From contig MU008193.1 of NCBI GenBank assembly GCA_010909165.1, positions 248,001 through 312,000 on the forward strand: DNA of 64,000 bases, written 5' to 3'. Below are positions 25,292 through 37,300 of the stretch, one piece after another. How positions within the stretch are numbered: the first letter of the stretch is position 1; the number at the start of each line of letters is the position of its first letter. The notes below the pieces were generated by a model. The model was not told where the DNA came from. It saw only the letters and a program-made list of their open reading frames with translations, and did no database searches. Both the position numbers and the translations under genes were made by a program. This DNA comes from Anthoceros angustus (lineage: Eukaryota > Plantae > Anthocerotophyta).

Positions 25292-27889
25292 ATGGCGGGC
25301 TCTGCTGCGGTTGCGGAGACATGGCCAACTTCCGGCCTTGTCAGTGCGGAGTCCTCCACTTCTGCTGTCTCGGTCTCTGCATGTAGTGACATGCTGGTTT
25401 CTGTTCCGTCATCCGGATATGGATTGCTTTTGTAGGTTCAGAGAGTGCGGGATATCGTGGCTGGCATGGCACAGGTTGGAAGTGACGAAGTTCGGTTTGC
25501 TGTGTCTCCTTACCGAATATGTCCGCTGGGGGCTCACATAGATCACCAAGTAATTTACTCCCCCCTGCCTTGCCGTTAGGATTGGAGGTCAATGGGAGAT
25601 CGCTAGTAGTTGATTTCTTAGCAGCATGGGAATGCCTGTAGCCTTCATCCATCTCGGGCTTGCAGGGTGGCTGTGTGACTGCCATGGCAATCAACAAGGG
25701 TGTGCTCCTCGGATTTGTTCCTTCAGAATCTTCCAAGGTACTGGATGTCGTGTTGGTGAGAACCAGTAGCTCTTTTTTTCTCTGACGTCCTAGTTTAGAC
25801 TCTGTGTGCTGAAGATACGGTAGGGAAGCTCACCAGCTGTCTCGTCCCTTCGTTTGACAGATGCAGCTGAGATCTGGGCAATACAAGGGCCAAGTGAATT
25901 TCAGGTTTGCCCCAGTGTTTTCTTTATTTGGAGTACCCTACCTCCCTTATTGCTCTCTCAGAGTTTTCTAGCATTTCGTCGATGGGCAGTGTACATGAGG
26001 TTCACGACAGAAACCCATGCAATAACAAGGAGAGTGGGATCCTTGAAGATGATTGCGAAGAATCCGGATGGGGCGATTATGCAAGAGGAGCTGTGGTAGC
26101 ACTGCAGAGAAGTGGATTCAACGTCGCACAGGTTGAGCTTGCTTGTTTCTGCATACTCTCTCGGTGAAGTCTCATCTGGGTCTTATCTTTTCCTCCGTGA
26201 TGCAGGGAATCATAGGATTTGTGGAGGGCCACAAAGGGTGTGATGGAGGGGGAATAAGTTCTTCAGCTGCTGTGAGTTTTGTCTTGTTTTGCGGTCGGGG
26301 CTTGTCATTCGGTTCCAAAGCAGTAGAAGTTGTTCAAAACCAGCTTATCATAGAGCATTCCTAGGAAGTTGATTGCTTGTAAACAGACATCTCTAGAGAA
26401 TGTTGTCCGATGAGTCCCTGGAGATGGAACTAATTGCTTCTTGGCTTGTAGATTGGGATCGCAATGCTTTTGGCTCTGGAAGATGTCAACTCTCTCGATG
26501 TTTCAGAAGAAGAGAATATAGAGCTAGACAGGTAAGCTGACGCTCGTTTCAATTGACATGTTTCAGTCTGGCAAAGTATAGGCGTTACTTAAAGGGTCGT
26601 CTTGCAGGTTAATAGAGAACTCATACCTCGGCCTGCGTAATGGATTGCTTGATCAGTCTGCCATTTTACTTTCACAACGCAACTGTCTCACGGTCATTAA
26701 CTGCAAGGTCTCCTAAGCTGTCCCTTATTCATCCATCATATTCAAAGCTGTTGTCAAGAATGGGTTGACATCTGTGATGGTGGGCTGTGTCAGGACCGCA
26801 GTCACATGGTTGTGCATTCTCCCTGGTCAGAACAGAAAGGACAACAGGAGCTTCCTTACAAGTTTGTCTTGGCATTCTCAGGTCTCCGGCATGCTTTGGC
26901 GAGCAAACCAGGGTACAACTTGAGGGTAACTGAATGCCAAGCAGCAGCAGATGCTCTTCTTCGGTGAGTCCCCAAGTTTGTAGGAGGATATGGATTAGCT
27001 TGGAATATCAATATCTTAATGATTTTCCGCCCATGCAACTGCAGAGCTGCTGGGAAAACGTCCACACTGCCTGTCTTGGGGGATGGTATGGGCATGTTAT
27101 GCTTACCGTATTAGTTGTTTGCCGCATCTCTTCATGAATCCCATTTCTTGCAGCACAGACTAACCAGACCCCTTGCGTGTCTGGCCAGTTACCATCGAGC
27201 AGTACAAAACTCATGAGGTTAGATTCATCCGTCGTAATCAGATGGAAGCTTGGGTAAGTACAATTCCAGCTATCGACTACAACCTTGTGGCTGCTTCTTT
27301 CCAGTCTGTGCTCGAAAGTGATTTGGCAAAGAGAGCCAGACACTACTTCACCGAAACCTCCCGTGTGGAAGCAGGTTCGTGGTCTCTGCAAAAAACCTGT
27401 GTCCGCTCGACAGAGTTGCTATTAACTTTGTCTGCACACATAACCTTGACAAAGTGTTCAGGAATCAAGGCTTGGAAGGCTGGCGACTTGCTGGAGTTCG
27501 GAAAGCTGATGACAGAGTCAGGCCTGAGCTCGATTGAAAACTACGAGTGTGGTAAGAGCCCACCTTCGAGTAGTTCCTCGTGTGAAAGATTGTTGGTCAC
27601 GAAATCGCACGTCTGATAATGAAACATGCGAACAGGCTGTGAACCCTTGGTCCAACTCCGCGAAATAGTGCTGAATGCACCAGGCGTGTTGGGAGCAAGG
27701 TTCAGTGGAGCAGGCTTTCGGGGCTGCTGCGTGGGCCTGGTAGCTGCCCATTTGGCAGAAGCTGCAGCTGCATTCATCAGAGATATGTATAAAAAGGCTC
27801 AACCAGAGCTTGCAGCACATTTGGAGGATGATACGGCGGTTCTCATTTGTGAATCAGCGAACAAGGCACACATTCGCTCTGCTGCCTGA
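25292..27889 (+). CDS. GALAK: Galacturonokinase (GHMP kinase family), multi-exon
   Basis: TWPT; VSPYRICPLGAHIDHQGGCVTAMAINKGVLLGFVPS; WGDYARGAV; ISSSAA; YLGLRNGLLDQSAILLS; AFSGLRHALASKPGYNLRVTECQ; SGLSSIENYECG; GARFSGAGFRGCC; YKKAQPELA. Confidence 0.92.
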
Positions 27890-29659
27890 GGAAAGACGAT
27901 GGGGCGTACACAGACTAGGGCACGTTGGACTGATGGGGCTGTTTTGCCAGAGCTAGTAGGTACAGACATCTACAGATTGTGGCAAAAGCTTTGTCTGTCA
28001 GACGTTATTTTGGGTCAGCTCAGATGCGTGGTGTATAGACATCTCTATCAGCAAGACTTGCCTTGACATGTTTGCTGCGGTCACAAGCTTGGTTCCTTTC
28101 TTGGCATCTGACATTCAAACAGCCCTAATCAAGTGAGCGACTGTCCTGCAGGCCTGTAGGCTGGCAGCCCTCTTCCCCCGCGCGCCACCCGCACCCCGGG
28201 TCGGAGGCCGGTCAGTCTGCCTCCATCATTTTGTGGGTCCAAAAAAATCGTGGACCCCGTTCATGTCAGATCTGTTTCCAGCACGGGAAGGGCATACATT
28301 ATGAGGTACTGGAACAGGTGATCCAGAAACTGGAACCTGGTAATTATAATCACACTAGAGAAGTGTGCAAGGCAACAACCGCTTACTTCCCCTCGCCCAG
28401 CAAGGTGATAAGTGAGTGGAAGAGGAATCTATTATGTGGAGCTCAGCCCCTTCCCCGTATGAAAGATGCTCGCATGCCCTAATCGAACTTCAATCCCATC
28501 AAGTCCAATGTCGTGCGGCCAAGGGAATAAATGCTGCCACCAGACTCCCGAGGCATGCTATTGAATGCCACAAGGCTCGCACTGCGGCAGCCAGTCCCTC
28601 ACGCCAACGGCACCTCCATGTCCGCACGCGCCGCCCTCACCACTTCCAACGCCTCCAACTCTCTATTTTGCCGTAATCCAAACAGCAATAGGTACATAAA
28701 ACCAGAGAGTTTAGCAGGTATGTATGTATCATTGTGGGAAAAGATAAATGCACTCTAGCATGGAATTGGGTTGAGTACATAGGTACAGTTAGAATTTCGT
28801 GCAGCATAAGGCCTTGACAGGTTAACCTACGGACGGACATAGGGTAAAGCAATCTTTCACTATCTCAACTTTTCACAATACTTGTCCAAAGGCGTTTAGT
28901 TTAATTTGCACAATTCACAGTTCATAAATGGTTCACTTGAATCACTTTTCCTATGTGGCATTAGTTGTCGCGTATAGTTCAGTTCGCCCAATTCAACCAA
29001 ATTGTGAGTCCGCAGACCTCCGAAGAGCTAGCACAATGGAAAGCTCATTCCAAGAACACACGGTGAACAGCTGCAGCAACAAAGAACAACAAATCATGGA
29101 CTCATCAGCGGAGGAGTGAAGACTAGACCTTGAACAAATGATCTTGCCACAGACTTCTTGCAAACAGAAGAGGCACTTGACATTCAAAATCTTCCCCTTG
29201 AGTGTTACAAGTGTTGGCCATAGATTTATACTCCGGCCCCAGCAACAAACTACCGTGTAATCTAGGTGCTACCTCCTAAGCTGGCCAAACAAAGCTCATC
29301 TCTTATGAAAAACCCCGATTCACACAAGCACGCATTGCTAATGATAAAAAGGGAGGTTCAAATTCTCCCCCACCATAAAGAAAGGTGCAATATGTACTCA
29401 AGAACTAATGGACTAAGACCTCTCAATATACCCTAAAATATTATAACTTTATGACATCCTATATTACACTATATTATATCGTATATGCTTCAATTGGACG
29501 TTCAGGCGATGATAAATGAGATGCATCATGAACGACAACCCCAATGGTATGTAGGTCATTTTATCTCCCTAGTCATGACAGCATAAGCGCTATAGGTTCT
29601 ATTTCAATATCTGAATATTAGGGTTTCAATATCAAAATCAGCCGGGCCGGGGACAAGGA

Positions 29660-31800
29660 AGATGCAAGAGGGGCGAGATCGAGGCTAGAGGCGCCAAGGT
29701 GGATCGAGTCTATCAAGACCCTGCCAAGGCATGGCTCAAGAGGTGTCTCTTGCTAGGCCGTGTCGGGGAATACGCCAGGGCTGCCCGGGCACTTCGTCCG
29801 GAGCCGGTGGCGCCAGCCTTCGGAACACCATCTCTGCACTCCGTGCCCTTCATCTGGCCCTAGATGAGCTCATTCCACATGATATCCTGGATTATGTACA
29901 GGAGGAGCCTTTTTGTCTCGACTGGGTGGTCTTTGGTAGGGCTCTTACCACTACCCTACGGCTTTTCTCAAGTGCTCTATGTGTGCTCAAGTGCTCTGTG
30001 TGGGACAGTCTATGATCACCTTCGGGATTACTTTGCTCTTGAGGATGCTTCTGGCGGTTTCTCGGATCTCTTCATTTTGGCCGCAGCAGTGGCAAGGGTG
30101 AGACTCCTGATCAAATCTCTCGGGTGTTGGGGGCTAGCAGGTTACTGGCTATGGAGAACCACACGCCTGGGTTGTGCCCTATCATCGTTGGGGAGGCATT
30201 CTTACACTTCATAGGTCACAACATTGCTATCCAACTTTGGGAGCTGTTCCAGGGGCATCTTTCCCCCTACCAATTTGGGATTGCCACTTCGGAGGGTTGT
30301 TAGTCGGCCGCATTTGGTATCGCACCGGTTCTGGAGTCACGTCAAGAATGGGTTGCCTTGCAGGTGGACATTAAGAACACTTTCAACACGGTCTCTAGGA
30401 TGACAATTTTTACAGAGCTCAAGGATGCAGGCAGGCACCTAGCAAGTCTTATTCCTTTGTCCGCTCCACGGACCATCTAAGGAAGGGGTTATTGTACTGT
30501 GCTGGACTCGGCGACCGATACAAGGCCGGGGATCCCTTGGGGGTGCTCTCTTTGTCGTTGTACACTTCAGGGCCTTGGCCGTAACTGCCGACGAGGTCGG
30601 GGAGTGTCTCTTTCCGTCCGTGGCGGACGACACTCCTTCCTCAACACCCAAGACGGAGGCCTCCAAAATTGGAACATCTCAAATTAAGAAACGAGCAGTG
30701 AAGACGGGGGCAAAGAGGGCCTAGCCCTCAAGGAAGGTCCCCGGCCCGATAATATCTTCAAGTGCCTGCATAATTTGTAGATCAAAATTCCCAAGGCTTA
30801 ATAGAAAAGCTGGGGAGGGAGCCACTATCTTGGTGCGGTAACTTAGCCGATGTGCAAAGAAGGACAAAAGGATGCCAAATGCCGCCTGAGGATCCCCTAA
30901 TAAAGGTAGGTTACCGACGTGGGCTAAGTCCTCCTTCAAAGCCTCATCCACAAAACCCAGAGTAAAGGCCAGAGGACCCACGGGGACCCCCAAGATGCGA
31001 AGTCCCTGCGAAGGAGCAATGTCCTCCCCAAGAAATTGAAGAGAGGGAGCAATACCAGACGGGGACCAAACCTTGCACTTCTCGTCTTTTGTGGAAGGGC
31101 TACATGGCCTTCAAGCCACTCCAGGAGAAGCAGTACATGAAGGTGTAGAGGGCAATCCTTAGGGAGTCTACTATTCCCCAGCCAGTTCGTGTCCGCATCC
31201 GCTCTTGCTCAGGAAGGGAATAGGCTCCTAGCTTTTGGCTCGGCCTTGCATCCAAGCATTATGAATCGCACCAGCTTCTTTTTTAACTGCGATGAGGTTC
31301 TACCTGGGTTTGGTCCAGCCTTTAGCCTGTTCTCTCTCAACTTGCAGCCGTGGGGCCTCTCTCGATGACTCAGGGTTCCACCTGGCTTACTGTCCAATTG
31401 GAGGTCAACGTATCACCACTCATGACGCCGTTCGCGGTGTCATGTTCTTGATGGCCAAGGAGAGCAATTATTTTCCATACAAGGAGCGTCCATATACCCT
31501 ACACAATAGGGTGTCACTCAAGGCGGATCTATTTCTGATCTGGGGGACCAAATGTTTGTCGCAGATGTCATCGTAATGAACCCTACCCTGAACTCCATTT
31601 GTGAGCATGCCATTATCAACCCTCCGGACTGGGCGGCGGAGGGATGTGCAACTGCTAAGGTACACAAGTACATATCTTTGCAAGACGGCCACGCCTTCAT
31701 CCCCAAGAGGGCCTTTGAGATTCACAGGGCTATGGGCAAGAATTGCCCCCCTGGCTCTTGGCCCTTTAGTGGGTTGTCCCCTCTTTTCGCGGTAGATGAG
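29660..31800 (+). mobile_element. Degenerate CRE/SLACS-type non-LTR retrotransposon (RT, CCHC finger, restriction-like endonuclease); central part inverted
   Basis: + strand: RLLAM..PIIVGE, PYQFGIAT.EGC, QVDIKNTFNTVSR, GDPLGGALF, SVADDT (to 30634). - strand ~30640-31170: KCKVWSP, LRILGVPVG, LGDPQAAFGILL. + strand again: CSTCSRGASLDDSGFHLAYCPIGGQRITTHDAVR, KADL...VADVIVMNP...AAEG..AKVHKY. Confidence 0.8.
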
Positions 31801-31999
31801 TTTTCCCATCTCTTCTTTTTAATAGCGTCTCCATTATTCTCTTTTCTATGTGCAGCATGTGCCCAACAGCTTCAATTATAAAAAAGTACTGGCTCGCGCG
31901 TGGGGTGACGGATTCCATCATCACACCCGAGAGCTTGGAGGCGCCCCCGTTGCACACACTATCCCTCGAGCTTCCGAATCGCAGCTCCTCGTACAATTA

Positions 32000-32310
32000 C
32001 TCAATTACAATCAATTAGCATTCTATTACATGCATTTTATAGCGGGGTTTGCTAACATTGCAAGGGTGCTGACTAACCTATTGCAGGGAGACAGATGTTG
32101 GAGATGGGGTGACAAATGCCAAACTGGCCTCGAGTTTTGGAAGGAAAAATTACTGATTGCTGGTGGTTTAGTTTATCTCTAGCTGCAAAGTCCTTTTGTG
32201 GTAGTCATTGATGCTTCTGACTCTGCTGTCGGGGCTGTGTTACAACAAGACCAGTCTAGAGAGCTTCAACCTATTTCTTATTTCAACAAGAAGTTGAAGA
32301 GACATGCCAC
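32000..32310 (+). mobile_element. Ty3/gypsy RT-connection/RNase H remnant
   Basis: YYMHFIAGFANIARVLTNLLQ...WGDKCQ...PFVVVIDASDSAVGAVLQQ...PISYFNKKL. Confidence 0.85.
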
Positions 32311-33339
32311 ACTACAACACCTCATTAAAAAGCATCTTCTCTTCTTCAATATGCAATCCATCCTTAGCTCCTTCAAACAATGAACATCAAAGTTTGAGGA
32401 ACTACTCTGCATCGACCCAAAGGGATTATGATTCTAAACCCCATAAATCCCAACCCACTCAAATCGAGCCTCAATGCCCAACTCGCTTAATTTTACATTG
32501 TACACAATTTTTGTATGACACTAGTTGATGTTGAGGTTGCTCTTTGTGGCAAATGATTTTCTTTAAATTATAAAATAACAAAATTGTTTTTACCAACATA
32601 CATGGTCGAAATGCGAAAGAATACAAGAGCCATTATTACTTGGGTACTTATATAATGGTTTAGCTTTTTAGTGCATTGCAAAGGTCTTTTATTGGACTCT
32701 GTGCCATCATTTGTTCATAATTAAATAAAATATTTTAAATAAAGGCATTTATAAAAGACATTTACTTGTTCTTAAAAACATTGAGGCACATAGTTTAAGG
32801 AAAGGCCTTTCCAATGCACTAAAACTCCACACTATCAAATTAGTATCCACAGAGTAATAACGTCTACTTCTTGTGAGATTTGTGGAATTTTTTTGCAAGA
32901 TTCGTTCCGATACGATATATTGATCAAAAGTTTTCAAATATTTTTAATCATATGGAGGGCATAATTCTCCATAAAGGGGAACCTTAACATGAACTAGTCT
33001 CACACAAAAAATATGCACAATGTTTAATAACATGAGTCAAAAGGTTCGATTTGAGTGAGTCAAACATTCTAGAATTAAGCATAGGCTCTAGATCTGCCAT
33101 GTTGTCCATGCGGACCTCCAGCAGCCATCGTATGTAGACCAAATGATTAGCAATCCAATCCAAACTGATCGATATGCCTTTTATTTGGTATTTCCGAGAC
33201 TACTTTATACAATCGTCGGACATTATCAAATTGTATCCCATCCGGGTCTATATGTCTAATAGATTAATTCGTCCTTTCTTATGGTATGAATTTTCTCATT
33301 TGATCTATGACTTGAGAGAAATTAACATTAAAACTCCTT

Positions 33340-33450
33340 CAACAACCAGCAACAGTCATAGTAAAAAAAAACTTTACAACTACTTCAACAACCAGTAACA
33401 GTTACAGTTAAAAAACTTTACAACTACTTCAACAACCAGCATCAGTTACA
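33340..33450. repeat. ~45-bp tandem repeat, about 2.5 copies
   Basis: caacaaccag.a.cagt.a.agt.aaaaaactttacaactactt recurs. Confidence 0.75.
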
Positions 33451-34304
33451 CTCCGGTGTGACATATATCTTGAATATAACTTTGATTCATTGTGTGCACA
33501 AGGGAGCGCGCGCGAGCGCAGGAGTCGAGAAAAACCTCCACATGGAAGTGGGAATCACAATCCACGATCCACGTAACCCGGCAGAGCATTTAAATATGTA
33601 CAATTGGGAAAGCGGTTCCAAATGCAAAGTGGAATTGGCGCTTAATGCATTTTTGTATGCGGCCCGGCCTGGCCCTGCGCAGGCAGAGGCAGAGGCAGAT
33701 GCAGAGGCAGGCCAGCACGTCTTATGGGCAGCGCTAGGCCTGCCGCTGCCTGGGCCTGCTGCTGCCTCTCCCCCGCTCTGTCGTTCCCCTCCCGCTCGCT
33801 GCTGCCTGTTCCAGCTCCCGCCATCTCTGCTCCTCCTCCTGCTCGCCCCTCCTGTTCGTCCTCCCTTGGCGCTCTAACCGAGTCGACTCCAGGTCGAGTC
33901 GAGTCGTCCAGAAACGGGACGAGACGAGACGTCTCGACCGCCGATTCCATTCCCTCTTCACCTCTAGCGCCCGACTCTCCTCCTCCGCCTACTTCATCCT
34001 CGCCCTCTCACGCGCACCTCTTTTTGGCGCGCAATTCCTGCCCGCTCTCGATCTCCAGCTCCGTGCGAGCTCAGCGACGCCGGATTGCGCTCCCGCTCCG
34101 GAAGGCGCCTCATTGCGGCGATGCGCCACCGGCAGAGCTCCGGATCTGGGACAGCAAGCCCCGGCCTGGCTCCATGAATTCTAGGCAATTGGAGGCAGGC
34201 GGATCCGGGCTGGTGCGAGCTGGTGCTGAATCTGGGAGGCCTCCGAGCCGCTGCATTGCGCCGTGCCGCCTCCGCTTTCTACATGCCAGTCGCAGGGAGG
34301 CTCA

Positions 34305-37300
34305 ATGGCGTCATCCTCGTCCAAGCCCCGGACGAGCTCCCCGTTCCGGTTTAGGAAGCCGTCCGGCTTCAATGGCAAGCTCCCCCCTGGTCCTGCCGCT
34401 TCCTCCTCCTCCACGCAGTCTGCTGCCACCAGCGCCATGAAGCCGCTGTCCGGCCGCTCCATCACCCCTAGTCGCCGGAGTCTGTCCCCCGCGCCCCCGG
34501 TAATTACCCCCCAGAAGTACCGCAATGTGAGCTCCACCTCGTCTGCATCCATGGGGGGGAGTCCCAGGACGCCTACATCCGAGAGGACGGATTTTCTGCT
34601 GCGGGCCAAGGAAAACATCTCGGTCACTCTCCGATTTCGACCGCTCAGGTAGATTGGTTCGTGAACCTGCTTCTGTGGCTTGATGTGTTTTGGGAGAGGA
34701 GGTTGCGGGTTTGAGAGATAGGTGGCGTGGGATCGTGATGGAGGGAGCTTACTGGCAATGTGGGATTTTACGGAGAGTCCTGCAGGATCGCACAGTCTCG
34801 GTGTCCTGTCTGGCTTCTGCATGGAGCTTCTGTAGTGGTTTAGTGGACTGCATAGAGCTTTGCTTGCCCTGGCATTAGCGGAAGGTGCATTGAGCATGCA
34901 CTCTCTGCAGCAGTGGAGCCAGAGCAGGATTGCATCGTCCTGGACCAGCTGAATGTTTGACTGTAGTTCCCTCTCTTCCGATGTGCATGGTTAGGGTAAG
35001 TGCATGGTCAGCTGCCAGTGGGACGAGGAGAGCGTTGTGTTTGGTAATACGTGGTGCGTGATTGTGGCCTCAGTGCGCGGGAAATTCAACGGGGAGATGA
35101 AGTAGCCTGGTATGCAGATGGGGACACGACTGTACGCAGCGAATTCAATCCTTCTACTGCATATGCGTTTGGTATGAGGCATTTGGCAACCTGTTACTTT
35201 TGCGTGAATGCAAGTAGTGAGGGCTGCTTGTCCAGTACTATGTGGCCAGCTTCTCGGCATTCAGCTTAATGCAACACCCATTGCAATGTTTGATTTGGCT
35301 TCCACTCCTTTCTGACAACGCAGATAGAGTATTTGGGCCAGCTACAACGACGAGGGGTGTCTATGATGTAGCTGCACAGCATGTCGTTCAGGGTGCCATG
35401 GAGGGTGTGAATGGTAAGCTCTCTGCTTAGTCACTCCATCCCCATTCTCTATGATGTTTGCAGCGTGGGCTGCCTGTGGATCTAGGACTGACACAATGAC
35501 CGCTTGCCGTGAGTTCACCAGGGACTGTCTTTGCTTATGGTGTAACGAGCAGTGGGAAGACCCATACCATGCACGTGAGTGGTAGTGTTGTTCCTAGGAT
35601 TCCACTGTTTAGTGTGGGGCTCGGAGTCTTACACACCTGAGGTCCAGAAGATAGGGAGAGCCTGGTTCGCTGATATCCGTGGTGCCAACAGGGGGATCAG
35701 AAGTCGCCTGGAATCATTCCACTTGCTGTCAAGGATGTTTTCAGTATCATCCAGGAGGTGAGTATCAACATCCTGCCCTTGCAGCATGCATGATGCTTAT
35801 TGCGGTAGTTAAATGATGACTCAGTTCTTTGCAATTGACTTTCAAACTCTCGATCTCTGGCAGACACCAAGTCGTGAATTCCTTCTTCGTGTGTCCTATC
35901 TTGAGATCTACAATGAGGTCCGTACGGCTCTCCACATGGTGAATGTTCGAGGTTCCTGGGATGGCTGTCCTGGGATGTCTCAATCAGCAGTCTTGTATGT
36001 GCAGGTTATCAATGACCTCCTGGACCCTGCTGGCCAGAATCTCCGTGTTCGGGAAGATGCACAGGTCTGGTTTCTGCCTAGAACTATGTTGGTACCCCCT
36101 CTGCTTTCTTGTCATGTACCTGAAAGTCTTTGACACGTGTCTTCTTTTAAGTTACAGGGTACCTATGTGGAGGGGATCAAGGAGGAAGTTGTTTTGTCAC
36201 CGGCACATGCACTTTCTCTCATTGCTGCTGGGGAAGGTGACGCACTGGACTTGACTGCAGGATGAGGTTTACCCTGGTGCTCGATCGGATTGAATGAGCA
36301 CTCATCAGTTGCATATATTTGCATGGCTGATGCAGAGCATCGGCATGTTGGATCAAATAACTTCAACCTCCTCAGTAGTCGAAGCCATACTATTTTCACT
36401 CTGGTACAAATCAAGTCCGTGAGCTTGGGTTGCAGAGCATGTGAGGCACAAGTGTCCAAGTTTTGTTTTCCCTTTTTGCAGACAGTGGAGAGCAGTCCAC
36501 GAGGAGAAGGTTATGGCGAAGAAGATGTTACCCTGTCTCAACTGGTAAGCCTTTTGTCTGCAAATGCTATGAGAGAGTTAATTGGTAGGCGGGGAAAAAC
36601 CTTAGATCGTGCTGTGGTAGTACTGCATGCCCCATCATTAAAAGCTATTTTTTTAGTTCAAATGTGCTGCGAGTGAGCTGACAACCCTATCCCTTGGTGC
36701 AGAATCTTATTGATCTTGCTGGCTCAGAAAGTTCAAAGACTGAAACCACCGGCCTGAGGAGGAAAGAGGGATCTTACATCAACAAGAGTTTGCTTACACT
36801 TGGAACCGTGAGTTGTTTGCCGTATCCTGATTGAGGGTTTGGTTATGGGATTGTTTGAAGTGCCCAGTAGCAAAATGTGACATGTCAATTCTGTGTCCGA
36901 ACCCTGCAGGTTATAGCAAAGCTGAGTGATGGGAAGGCATCACATGTACCATATAGGGATTCAAAGCTGACCCGTCTGTTGCAGTCTTCTCTGAGTGGGC
37001 ATGGCCGAATCTCGGTACTCTTGAAGCTTCACTTGCAGCGGTTTCCTTGAAGATTGGAAAAGCTGTTAATTGCCTGGCTTCCGTGAGAACTTCTGAGATG
37101 TTTGTATTCATAACAACTGTTTTTGCGTCTGTGGGCAGCTGATTTGCACAGTAACACCAGCTTCCAGCAACAACGAAGAAACTCACAACACATTAAAATT
37201 CGCTCACAGGGCCAAGCGTGTGGAGATACAGCTGGCTTCGAACAAGGTTGCTTAGCTGGTTATGTGTTGTTAGGTGGAAGTCGAATGTGTCTGTGTATAA

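Noticed and set aside
28242-28265. Hairpin gggtcca-N9-tggaccc as a Helitron 3' end
   Set aside because: No CTRR terminus at the expected distance; 7-bp stems arise by chance
28400-28700. Minus-strand fragment resembling a PPR motif (AFNSMPRE)
   Set aside because: Single short match with stops and no tandem 35-aa repeats
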